The position numbers and the translations under genes were made by a program. This document shows, piece after piece, positions 20,017-29,069 of a stretch of DNA of 64,000 nucleotides; positions within the stretch are counted from its first letter, which is position 1, and every line of letters starts with the position of its first letter. Location: positions 1,472,001 through 1,536,000 of the forward strand of contig OY969474.1 of the NCBI GenBank assembly GCA_963700145.1. The letters are read 5' to 3'. The notes beneath the pieces are model-generated. The model worked only from the letters and a program-made list of their open reading frames with translations, was not told the DNA's origin and did not search any database. Source of the DNA: an uncultured Acidobacteriota bacterium. GTDB taxonomy: Bacteria; Acidobacteriota; Thermoanaerobaculia; Multivoradales; UBA5704.

Positions 20017-20275
20017 TCCTCAGCGGCTGATACGACGTCCTCAGCCGCTGATACGACATCCTCAACGCCTGATACGACATCCTCGGCGGCTAATACGTTG
20101 TCCTCAGCGGCTAATACGACCTCCTCAGAGCTTCCGGATACATCCTCAGCGGCTGATACAACATCCTCAGGGGCTGATACGACATCCTCAGGGCCAGATA
20201 CCGCATCTCCAGGCCCTGGGGAGACGTCCGGAGGCCCCCCGACGACCTCCTGAGAGGACGCGCCGAGGTCCTCCG
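20017..20275. repeat. 21-bp tandem array, consensus TCCTCAGCGGCTGATACGACA, ~12 units decaying rightwards
   Basis: TCC/TCT anchor every 21 nt from 20017 to 20269 with no indel. Confidence 0.9.
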
Positions 20276-20806
20276 TCGCCGGGCGCCTCGCCCGCCGACC
20301 GGATCGTCACCGGGCCGTTGACTCCCGCGCCTGGTGAGGGGCGGGACCGCGCGCTAGGGCGATTGAGGGGTTGGGCCTCGGCCGTTCGTTGTTCATCTTG
20401 CAGGGCAACGTAAGGAGCTTCGCATGAGCCATTTCCTCGGGGTCGCCGTCCACGACGGCCGCACTCTCAACCAGACCACAGGCCTTGACCTGACACCTCG
20501 CGTCGGCTCGCTCGGCGGCCCCATAGGTGGTGGTGATCCTGATGCCGAAATCGGACCAACCCTGAACGACGCCTTAGTCGGACGCTTCAGCCCGCAGGAG
20601 CGCCGGTCAGGCGGATCACGGTCCGCTTCGGCGGGCCATGACTAACTGACCGGTGATCACATGGGCCTCGAGCCACTCGCTCCGGCGCTGCATTCTGCTC
20701 CCCTCGCTCCAGATGAAGATCGGAAGCGCAGATTCAGGCAGGCATTCGGCCGTATAGCGCGGCTTGAGCCTGCGAAAAGCTCTACATAAACCTAAGGAGA
20801 CGCATT

Positions 20807-22444
20807 ATGATCAACCAGAACTGGGTATTTGGCAAGAACGCCGGATTGGATTTCTCGACAAGCACCCCGACGCCATCATCGAACAACGTCATTAATACGT
20901 CCGAGGGCTGTGCATCCATCTCGGATGCGAACGGAAACCTCCTTCTGTACACTGATGGACAGAAGGTATGGGATGGCACGAACACCCAAAGGGCAACGGG
21001 CCTGTCGGGAAATCCATCCTCCACACAATCAGCGATCATCGTTCCCGACCCTGCTAACGCCGCTCGATACTACGTTTTTACAGCCGACGGGGCATCCGGC
21101 GGCAACAACCACGTCGATGGCCGACGGATTGACACGAGCACATGGGCTGTCACACAGTTGTCATCGATCATGGCGATGCCCTCGACCACTGGCTTCTCGC
21201 CGACAGAGAAACTCACAGCCATCCAGCACGCGAACTGCAAGGACTTCTGGGTCATAACAATCATTCAAGCAGGGCAGACTCAGCTTGCAAATGGACTCGG
21301 CACGCTTCGCGTGTTCCTAATCAATTCGACCGGAGTTCAGCATGTTGGGGATACACCGATGAACGTCAATGTTCATGATCTGGGGTATCTGAAGGGAAGC
21401 CCAGACGGCAAGCGAGTCGCTATCGCAAACTGGTCCAACCATAACGTGCTCGTCTATCCATTCGACAATTCGACCGGTACCATCGACCTGTCGAATCTGA
21501 TCACCATTCCGGTCCCCGCTATCCCTATCCAGAACCACCCGCGGGTCACATATGGTGTCGAGTTTTCGCTGAACGGCGATATCCTCTATTACACAGTGCT
21601 GGGTGCTTCAGTAGGTACCATTCCTCAGGCAAACGGGTATGTTTTTCAGCATAATCTTCTAGTCTCTTCCGCCTCGGTTCAGGTAGGAATGCACCCGAAC
21701 GCCGGGGGGCCGCCGCCGCGATACGCCCTGGGAGCACTCCAGTTGGGGATTAACGATCTCATTTATATAGCGCAGGACGGCGAGAATGCCTTGGGCGTCA
21801 TCGCGAATCCAACCGTGCTGGGAGCTGGCTGCGGCCTGACATTTAGCGCGCTTCCTCTTGCCCCCAATACCACATGTTACCTTGGTCTTCCCAACCTAAT
21901 TCCTAATCCGTGCGGATGCGCCTGCGAGAAGGGTAATTGCGACGATGCGGTGGACAAGGCAAACCAAATCCTCAACACAACGGCCGACACGAAGTTCTTC
22001 ACGATCATTGCTAACGGCCAAGCGGTACCGCCAAATTGCGGCCTGGCATTCCAGCAGACGAACTTCGAACCGCTCTTCTCGCTACACTGGGGAGACGGAC
22101 CAACCGACCAGTTCGAATCGCATGACACTGAGATCATTTATATCAGAGTCCAAAACCTCTTCAGGAACCTGATATACCGAGGAGTAAAAATCTTTAATAT
22201 CAGGGTCACCCCTAATCAGGTGCTGCCGAGCGGCGAGGCTGCCTTGCAGTTGATTCCTGCGGAGATCGTCTGCTTTGATGAGATCGAACCTTGCTCGTAT
22301 GTCTCCAGAGACTTTGCATTTTTCATTCAGAATGCAGTCGTACAAGGCTACCAGATTACATTCGACTATTGCATCGAAGAGACGGCCATCGTGTCACCCA
22401 ACGATGGCAGCGCAGCATTTAACGTTCAGGTAGTTGCGAGCTGA
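20807..22444 (+). CDS. Low-GC beta-propeller-like protein (NWxFGxNAGLDF N-terminus) with an unknown C-terminal domain
   Basis: AAGGAG RBS; EGCASISDANGNLLLYTDG, SSTQSAIIVP, SPDGK, YGVEFS and GLPN motifs recall Bacteroidota PKD/gliding-associated propellers; no signal peptide. Confidence 0.8.
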   Translation: MINQNWVFGKNAGLDFSTSTPTPSSNNVINTSEGCASISDANGNLLLYTDGQKVWDGTNTQRATGLSGNPSSTQSAIIVPDPANAARYYVFTADGASGGNNHVDGRRIDTSTWAVTQLSSIMAMPSTTGFSPTEKLTAIQHANCKDFWVITIIQAGQTQLANGLGTLRVFLINSTGVQHVGDTPMNVNVHDLGYLKGSPDGKRVAIANWSNHNVLVYPFDNSTGTIDLSNLITIPVPAIPIQNHPRVTYGVEFSLNGDILYYTVLGASVGTIPQANGYVFQHNLLVSSASVQVGMHPNAGGPPPRYALGALQLGINDLIYIAQDGENALGVIANPTVLGAGCGLTFSALPLAPNTTCYLGLPNLIPNPCGCACEKGNCDDAVDKANQILNTTADTKFFTIIANGQAVPPNCGLAFQQTNFEPLFSLHWGDGPTDQFESHDTEIIYIRVQNLFRNLIYRGVKIFNIRVTPNQVLPSGEAALQLIPAEIVCFDEIEPCSYVSRDFAFFIQNAVVQGYQITFDYCIEETAIVSPNDGSAAFNVQVVAS

Positions 22445-22529
22445 TCGATCAACTTTACGTCTTGAGGTTCTAACCAAGGCCATTGTGGAAGCAACCAGCG
22501 CCCAATGCTGACCGCTCGATGAGGTCGGC

Positions 22530-22592
22530 GCCCAACCCGCCGATCGAGCGGACGGCAAACGGCGGCGCCGCTCATCGGCAGGGGCGTTATTC
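22530..22592 (+). mobile_element. Integron attC site
   Basis: R'' GCCCAAC; arms GCCGAT-C-GAGCGG-A-CG / CG-CCGCTC-ATCGGC with two extrahelical bases (G and T on the bottom strand); R' GTTATTC; 63 bp. Confidence 0.75.
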
Positions 22593-22619
22593 GGCCGAGA
22601 ACAGGGGGGGAAGGTGATC

Positions 22620-23073
22620 GTGAACCGGGAGACAATGATTCTGCTGTTCTCGGTGGGCCTGCTGTTGGTGGGTTGCGCCTCCAACTCTGGAGTCGGGCCA
22701 GTCGGGCCTGACACATTCATGGCCTCTAGGCAGGCTTTTTTCAGGACTTGGTAGCTAAAGGCCGACGCCCCTTGAGGAGGCGAGCCGATACTTGTGCAGG
22801 CCAGAAGAAGGAGCTACAGGTGGTAAGCACTAGTGAGTCGAAGCTACCATACGTGTTTGGCAACTTTCCTCCAGCCGAGGTCAGTTCATGTGCCTCGATA
22901 CGAAAGACCCTGAGCTCGCTCGGCCGAAGCTGCAACCACAGCCGGAGGTGGTCATCCAGACCGCCCCGCAATTGGAGCTCGTCAGCAACAAGCAACAGCC
23001 GAGCTTGTTCCCGTCTCAATCGAATCCGAGCCAGCCGGCGCAGACGCCTACCTCGATGGCGCTTCGTCGGTAG
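22620..23073 (+). pseudogene. Frameshifted lipoprotein gene cassette
   Basis: LLLVGC-ASNSGVGPVGPDTFMASRQA, continuing in other frames as FSGLGS..ADA.EEASRY, CAGQKKELQVVST..PYVFGNFPPAEV and FMCLDTKDPELARPKL. Confidence 0.65.
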
Positions 23074-23167
23074 CACTCCTCTTCTGAAGACGTCGTCCGT
23101 GACCTAACCTCCCGGTCGTTAGCAAACTGCCCATGCGTGCCGCCTGTGTGTCAAAAAAACCGCCTAG

Positions 23168-24437
23168 CAGGCCGCTGAGAAACGGCCTTCAACGGCGGGT
23201 GCGAGGCTGACAGCGATCTGGGAGCGGGCGATGTCGCGTGCGCGGGTGGAAGGGGAGGGCAACAGGCGCCTTGTGGGCGCGTTTGAGCGCCGCTGGTTTT
23301 GCTGGGCAGGACCTTTTTGGGCTATGCCGGCACGAGCAGGCGACTTAATCGGAGCAGGTTGTACGCTGCGGCGGCGAGGCGGGCGGCCAGCTGCGTCCTC
23401 GCCACGCCTCGGACCCTGGTCCGGTGCAGCCCTGCGCAGGTCTTGAGCCAGCCGAAGATCGTCTCGATTCGCCGCCGTACGACCTGACTGATCCGGTAGC
23501 CGGGACGGCGCGTTGTTCGCCGGTCGATTGCCGAGCGCCTGCGCCGGTGGGCATTCTGGGTGACGTGGGGGGTGACGCCGAGCTCTCGGCAGGCAGCCAC
23601 GAAGCCCTTGGTGTCGTAGCTCTTATCGGCGCCCACCGTCTTGCGCCGCGAGCCTTCGAGCCGCGCGAGCAGACCCAGAGCTTCGCGACGCTCGGCGAAC
23701 CCATCGGCCTGGGCCACCACGAAGTCCACCAACAATCCGTTGCGGTTCTCCATCAGAGCGTGGCCGGAAAACGAGAGCTTCGCCTCGTGCCCATCCCCCT
23801 TGCGGGCCAGGCGCGCTTCCGGGTCGGTCGTCGAGGCGTGCGTCTCGTTGCTCCGCTTCGTCCCCGTGAAATCGCTCCAGCCGTTGGCGTCTCCGCCCGG
23901 TGGCCCGTCCTTGGGCCGGAAGCTCTTCATCGACGCCCAGGCCTCGATCAGCGTCCCATCCACCGAGAAGTGCTCGCTCGACAGCAGCCGCTGCACGCTC
24001 GCCTCAGCCACGATCGCCGCCAAAAACCGCTCGGCCACCTCGTGCCGGATCAGCCGCTCCCGGTTGCGTGAAAACGTGCTCGCGTCAAACGACGGCTCGT
24101 CGAGCTCCAGATCCAAAAACCAGCGAAACAGCAGGTTGTACTCGAGCTGCTCGCAAAACTGCCGGTCGCTCCGCACCGAAAACAGCGCGATCAGCAGCTG
24201 CGCCTTGAGCAGCCGCTCCGGCGGCACCGACGGCCGCCCCGTCTCGGCGTACATCACCGCAAACACCTCACTCAACTGCCCGAGAGCCCGGTCGGCCAGC
24301 CCCTTGATCCGCCGGATCGGATGCGCCGCCGGAATCCGCTCCTCCAACGACCCCACCATCAACAACGTCCTCTGCTCGCGCGCTTTCCCTCGCATGGCCT
24401 GCAAGGGTAGCGCGAACCGGGGTTTTTCAGCAGCCTG
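23168..24437 (-). mobile_element. Complete IS5-family (IS5/IS1182-like) insertion sequence, ~1.27 kb
   Basis: TIRs CAGGCCGCTGAGAAAC / CAGGCTGCTGAAAAAC (14/16); CTAG duplicated at 23164-23167 and 24438-24441. Confidence 0.92.
23322..24395 (-). CDS. IS5-family DDE transposase
   Basis: GRPSVPPERLLKA..RSDRQ..EQLEYNLLFRWF, SVDGTLIEAWAS, GADKSYD and RRRIETIFGW motifs. Confidence 0.95.
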   Translation of the reverse strand: MRGKAREQRTLLMVGSLEERIPAAHPIRRIKGLADRALGQLSEVFAVMYAETGRPSVPPERLLKAQLLIALFSVRSDRQFCEQLEYNLLFRWFLDLELDEPSFDASTFSRNRERLIRHEVAERFLAAIVAEASVQRLLSSEHFSVDGTLIEAWASMKSFRPKDGPPGGDANGWSDFTGTKRSNETHASTTDPEARLARKGDGHEAKLSFSGHALMENRNGLLVDFVVAQADGFAERREALGLLARLEGSRRKTVGADKSYDTKGFVAACRELGVTPHVTQNAHRRRRSAIDRRTTRRPGYRISQVVRRRIETIFGWLKTCAGLHRTRVRGVARTQLAARLAAAAYNLLRLSRLLVPA

Positions 24438-24454
24438 CTAGGCATCCCCTTTCC

Positions 24455-25801
24455 CTAACTCCACCCGATGGCGTGGGCGATGAGGAGGAGCCCCAGGCCG
24501 GCGACCAGCCAGGCGAGCTGAAGGGGCCAGATGAAGCGGGCCCAGCGGGTCCAGGGGATCCCGGCCAAGGCTAGCGCCGCCATGAAGTAGCCCTGGGTCG
24601 GGGTCAGGATGTTCGAGAAGCCGTCGCCGAGCTGGTAGGCGAGGACGCTGGTCTGCCGGGTTACGCCGACCAGGTCGCCGAGGGGCACCAGGATCGGCAA
24701 CGATAGAGCCGCCTGGCCGCTGCCCGACGGGACGACGTAGCTGAGCACGACCTGGACGCCGTACATGCCGGCGAGGGTCGCCGCCGACGGCAGCGCCCGC
24801 ACGGTCTCGACCAGGGCGTGGAGGATGGTGTCGGTGACCTGGGCGCCGTCGAAGATGACCAGGACGCCGCGTGCCAGGCCGACGACGAGGGCGCCGGGGA
24901 CGATGGCCGCCGCTCCCTCGAGGAAACGGTCGGCCGTGCCGTTGGCGCCGAGGCCGCCGGCCAGGCCGGCGGCGATCGCCAGCCCCACGAACAAGCCGGA
25001 GAGCTCGAGCAGGCCCCAGCTCCAGCGCATCGCGCCGACGACGAGGATTGCGATCGTCGCCCCGAGGAGCGCCAGCACTACCCGCTGCCGTAAGCTCGCG
25101 CAGGCCGGCGCCGCGCTCACCTCGTCGCCCGGCCCGGCGGCCTCCGGAACGCGGATCCGCCGCGCGTACCACTCGACGTACACGATCGCCAGCGCCGTGA
25201 GCACCGTCCAGACGATCAGCCGGTAGCCCATCCCCGAGAAGAGCGGCAGGCCGGCGATCGCCTGCCCGACGCCGACGGTGAACGGGTTGATGAACGCACC
25301 CGAGAACCCGGCGCCGGCGCCGACCAGCGCGATCGCCGCGCCGGTCGTCTCGTCGTAGCCCAGCCGGCGCGCCAAAAGGACCAGCGGCGGGATGAAGGGC
25401 AGGGTCTCCTCGGCCAGGCCGATCGTGCCGCCGCCGAGCGCGAAGACGAAGAGCAGCAGCGCCAGCGCCAGCGGGCCGCGGCCGCCGCTCGCCCGCACCA
25501 GCGCCGCGAGCGCCGCCTCGATTGCGCCGGTCGCCTGGAGGACACCGAAGGCGCCGCCAATCAGAAAAATGTAGACGACGATCGGCGCTGTGGCGATGAG
25601 CCCGCGCGGGTAGGCGAGCAGGACCTCGGACCAGCCGGCGGGACGCGACGGGAGCGGATGGTAGGAGCCGGGATCGACGACCTCGCGGCCGTCGCGGACG
25701 ACGCGGTCGTAGGCGCCGGCCGGGATGAAATGCGTGGCGGCGGCGGCGAAGGCGATGAGGACGAACAGCAGGACGAAGGTGTGGGGGAAGCGGGCGCTCA
25801 C
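24455..25801 (-). CDS. YfcC/DcuC-family (short-chain acid or arginine-ornithine type) transporter
   Basis: PHTFVLLF, IPAGAYDR, NPFTVGVGQAIAGLPLFSG and PSGSGQA motifs; many TM helices. Confidence 0.88.
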   Translation of the reverse strand: MSARFPHTFVLLFVLIAFAAAATHFIPAGAYDRVVRDGREVVDPGSYHPLPSRPAGWSEVLLAYPRGLIATAPIVVYIFLIGGAFGVLQATGAIEAALAALVRASGGRGPLALALLLFVFALGGGTIGLAEETLPFIPPLVLLARRLGYDETTGAAIALVGAGAGFSGAFINPFTVGVGQAIAGLPLFSGMGYRLIVWTVLTALAIVYVEWYARRIRVPEAAGPGDEVSAAPACASLRQRVVLALLGATIAILVVGAMRWSWGLLELSGLFVGLAIAAGLAGGLGANGTADRFLEGAAAIVPGALVVGLARGVLVIFDGAQVTDTILHALVETVRALPSAATLAGMYGVQVVLSYVVPSGSGQAALSLPILVPLGDLVGVTRQTSVLAYQLGDGFSNILTPTQGYFMAALALAGIPWTRWARFIWPLQLAWLVAGLGLLLIAHAIGWS

Positions 25802-25810
25802 CCCCGGCTC

Positions 25811-26494
25811 TCAGGGCTTGGCGGCCGCGAGCTCGACCGCGCCCTTCGGGCACTGCAGCTTGAAGACGAGCCCCGGCGCCGCCGCCTTCTCGACGACGAG
25901 CGGGAGCCCGAGGCGCTCGCCAAGGCGCTTCAAGGGCTCGGGCTCGGCGTCGTGGAGCTTCAGGGCGTCGAGCGTGCAGCCGCCGGGGGAGGTCGTCGAG
26001 GGGTGCGCCGCGCCCGCCTTCCATTCGATGAAGAACGGCAGCGCGGGGTTCGTGCTCTTGAGCGCCACGATCTTCCATTCGAGCACCTGGCCGTCGGGCT
26101 TGACGCGCGAGCCCGGAAACGGCCCGAGGGCCTTGTGGCCGAGCGCCTGGAGCTCCGGGACGATCGCCGCGGCGTCCGCGACGCCGACCGCCCAGGTGAG
26201 CGGCGTCAACTGCTCGAGGCCGGCGAGCTGGGCGAAGCTGGCATCGAGCTTCTCGCCCGGGACCGGCGCGATGATCTCGAGATAGGTCCCGCCCCCGAGC
26301 GACGCCAGCGCATTCTGCGTGCCGCCACTCGGGTGCTTGCCGCCGAAGACGGGCTCGACGCCGGTCAGTGCCCGGAACTGCGCCACGCCGGCGTCCAGGT
26401 TGGCGACTCCGAGCACGAGGTGATCGATCGTCGCGGCGCCGGCAGGCGCGGCGACGAGGGCGGTGGCGACGGCGGCGAGGGCGGCGGCGCGCAT
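25811..26494 (-). CDS. VOC/glyoxalase-like protein with a signal peptide
   Basis: IDHLVLGV, GGKHP..GTQNAL, YLEIIA and LPFFIEW motifs. Confidence 0.85.
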   Translation of the reverse strand: MRAAALAAVATALVAAPAGAATIDHLVLGVANLDAGVAQFRALTGVEPVFGGKHPSGGTQNALASLGGGTYLEIIAPVPGEKLDASFAQLAGLEQLTPLTWAVGVADAAAIVPELQALGHKALGPFPGSRVKPDGQVLEWKIVALKSTNPALPFFIEWKAGAAHPSTTSPGGCTLDALKLHDAEPEPLKRLGERLGLPLVVEKAAAPGLVFKLQCPKGAVELAAAKP

Positions 26495-26572
26495 GACTTT
26501 CCTCCTGCCTCCTGAGAAGATGAAGTCGCGTCACGCTACACCACTCAGCCAGCACACTGAAAGGCGGGGCCC

Positions 26573-27310
26573 ATGGAACAGTACGACGCGATCGCCGGCG
26601 ATTATCAGGAGATCGCGGCCGCCGTGCCGATGCGGGAGCCCGAGTGGTACTCGCTCCGCCTCCGGCTCGGCGACCTCGCCGGGCTCTCCGTCCTCGACCT
26701 CGCCTGCGGCGACGGGATGGGCAGCCGCCTCCTCAAGCGCTGGGGAGCCGCCCGAGTGGTGGCCGTCGACATCTCGCCGGAGATGATCCGGCTCGCTCAG
26801 CAGGAAGAAGAGGCGCGACCTTTGGGCATCGAGTACCGCGTCGCGGACGCCGCGGCGCTGGGGAAGATCGGCGAGTTCGACCGCGTCACCGCCTCGTACT
26901 TCTTGCACTACGCCCAGGACCGGGAGCAGCTCCTCCGCATGGTGCGGACCGTCTACGACAACCTCGAGCCGGGCCAGCTCTTCGTCGGGAGCAACGCCAA
27001 TCCGAACCGGCCGCCGCAACCGGTCATCGACCAGCGGCAATACGGCCTCAGGTACCAGCTCGTGGACGAGCCCCTCCGCGAGGGCTCGCGACTCCGCGCC
27101 ACGCTCTTCCTCGGCGAGAAGACGGTGGAGTTCGACTTCTACTGGCTGCCCTGGACGGCCTACGAGGAGGCGTTCCGGACCGTCGGGTTCCGCTCCTGGA
27201 GGCTCGAGCCCTACCTGATCACTCCGGGCTCCGAACGCAAGTACGGCGAGGGCTTCTGGGACGAGTACGTCGCCACGCCGTCGGTCGTCCATCTCATCTG
27301 TCAGAAGTAG
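26573..27310 (+). CDS. Class I SAM-dependent methyltransferase (ToxA-like)
   Basis: VLDLACGDG, VDISPEMI and FD.VTA.YFLHYA motifs. Confidence 0.88.
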   Translation: MEQYDAIAGDYQEIAAAVPMREPEWYSLRLRLGDLAGLSVLDLACGDGMGSRLLKRWGAARVVAVDISPEMIRLAQQEEEARPLGIEYRVADAAALGKIGEFDRVTASYFLHYAQDREQLLRMVRTVYDNLEPGQLFVGSNANPNRPPQPVIDQRQYGLRYQLVDEPLREGSRLRATLFLGEKTVEFDFYWLPWTAYEEAFRTVGFRSWRLEPYLITPGSERKYGEGFWDEYVATPSVVHLICQK

Positions 27311-27454
27311 CGGTCGCCGCCCCTGAAACTGCTGCGCTCCCTGCGCGTGCAGGACGTCCCGCGTCGCGGGCCGCGGTCCCCACTTTGCCGGCCTGACGCA
27401 CCTCAGATTACGGAGGCGACAACGGTGTCGCTACGAACCTCGCGAGGTGCCCCC

Positions 27455-27814
27455 ATGACCATGAAACAGGTCCCGCTCCTCTTTGTCGTTCTGCTAGGCA
27501 TGGTCGCCCTATCAACCGCCGCGGCAGTCGCTTCGGACTGCGATACAACCAGGTGCGGTGCGGGCGTCGACGACGATGGAAAGTGCAAGACGCACGCGGA
27601 CTTCAGCTGCGATGAGGTCTGCAACGACAACGGGTGCGATGGGGGCGACTCCGTGGGTGGAGAGTTCAACTGCGGCGGCGTCGGTCCCTGGAAGATGTGC
27701 CAGTGCAACGACTGTGACCTTCTCATGGAAATGGTTTCCTTCGAGCGTACTTGGGGCTTTTCCTCCCTGGCGTCATCCTGCCCTGGCGATGCCTTGATGA
27801 ACGCTGCTAGGTGA
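27455..27814 (+). CDS. Small secreted cysteine-rich protein
   Basis: GAGG RBS; signal peptide ending AVA; 11 Cys including CxxxC and CxC. Confidence 0.65.
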   Translation: MTMKQVPLLFVVLLGMVALSTAAAVASDCDTTRCGAGVDDDGKCKTHADFSCDEVCNDNGCDGGDSVGGEFNCGGVGPWKMCQCNDCDLLMEMVSFERTWGFSSLASSCPGDALMNAAR

Positions 27815-29036
27815 CGGAGGGATCGCCGCAGAAGGCGAGGGCGCTCAGGGCGTAGATGCGGGCGGCCTCGGCGACCTCGGCCAAGGGCACCGACTCGTCG
27901 GGGCCGTGGGCGAGCGCGAGGTCGCCGGGACCGAGGACGACGGTGGGGATGCCGGCCTCGGCGGCCAGCAGGGCGCCGTCGGTCCAGGCGGGGAAGGCCA
28001 CCGGCCCCTCGCGGCGGCCGCGCACGGCGGCCGCCGCGCCGGCGATCGCGGCGGCGAGCGGATGCTCGGCGGGCGTGAGCAACGGGCCGTGCGCCATGGT
28101 CGCCATCCCGCCGGGCTGGCGCCGGACGTTCCAGCCGAGCCCGGGGAATCCCGCGGCGACACGGCCGCACAGCTCGGCAAGCTCCTCGATCGCCGCGTCC
28201 GCGGTCTCGCCGGGGACGAGCCGCCGGTCGGCGGCGAGGACGCAGCGCGCCGCGACGGTCGACGGCTGGTCGCCGCCCCGGATCGTCCCGACGTTGAGGG
28301 TCGGCGCGCCGAGCAGCGGGTAGGCGCGGGCGGCGAGGCGAGGCGCGAGGTCGCTCTCGATCAGCCCGAGCAGGCGGCCGGCGGCGGCGATCGCGCTCAC
28401 TCCGCGCTGCGGCGTGCCGCCGTGCGCCGCCCGCCCGACCAGCTCGATCTCCAGCCATTCGAGCCCCTTGTGGCCGAGGGCGAGGCGATTCTCCGTGGGC
28501 TCGCCGACGATCGCGCCGTCGGCGCGCGGGCCGCTCCGCACCAGCCGCTCGGCGCCCAGGCTCTCCATCTCCTCGTCGACGACGGCGGCCAGGGTCACCG
28601 ACCCGGCGGCGAGCGCGCCGCTCCCATCGAGCGCCACGATCGCCGCCGCCATCGCCGCCAGCGCCCCCTTCATGTCGACCGCGCCGCGGCCGTAGAGGCG
28701 CCCGTCGCGCACCGCGGCGGAGAAGCCGACGCCGGGATCGCCGGCGTTGAGCGGCACCGTGTCGGTGTGAGCGCAGAGCAGGAGGGACGGGCCGGGACGC
28801 GCCGCGGCGATCGTCGCGACGAGGTTCGGGCGGCCGGGTGCGGCCTCGTCGAGCGTCGCCGCGATGCCGTGGGCGGCCAGGAACGCGGCGAGCCGGCGCA
28901 CCACCGCTTCCTCCTGCCGCGGCACACCGGGGTGGCTCGGCGTCGCCACCAGGTCGGCCAGCAGCTCCCGCCATCCGGAGCGGTCGATCCGCTCGCCCAG
29001 GTCCTGCAAGAGCTCGCGCACGGGCGGCGCGAGCAT
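27807..29036 (-). CDS. M20 metallopeptidase (ArgE/DapE-like)
   Basis: AHTDTVP, GRGAVDMKG, DEE, GEPT, HKG and AHGPDE motifs. Confidence 0.92.
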   Translation of the reverse strand: MLAPPVRELLQDLGERIDRSGWRELLADLVATPSHPGVPRQEEAVVRRLAAFLAAHGIAATLDEAAPGRPNLVATIAAARPGPSLLLCAHTDTVPLNAGDPGVGFSAAVRDGRLYGRGAVDMKGALAAMAAAIVALDGSGALAAGSVTLAAVVDEEMESLGAERLVRSGPRADGAIVGEPTENRLALGHKGLEWLEIELVGRAAHGGTPQRGVSAIAAAGRLLGLIESDLAPRLAARAYPLLGAPTLNVGTIRGGDQPSTVAARCVLAADRRLVPGETADAAIEELAELCGRVAAGFPGLGWNVRRQPGGMATMAHGPLLTPAEHPLAAAIAGAAAAVRGRREGPVAFPAWTDGALLAAEAGIPTVVLGPGDLALAHGPDESVPLAEVAEAARIYALSALAFCGDPSVT

Positions 29037-29069
29037 AGCCCGCGAAGGCTGTATCCTTGTAGCGCTCCG

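Noticed and set aside
19669-20253. ORF with SSAADTT repeats
   Set aside because: Overlaps the upstream gene, lacks an RBS, and is explained by a stop-free frame of the tandem array; substitutions are not confined to third positions
20424-20645. 73-aa ORF with an AAGGAG RBS inside the island
   Set aside because: No recognisable motif; may be a cassette remnant, but support is insufficient
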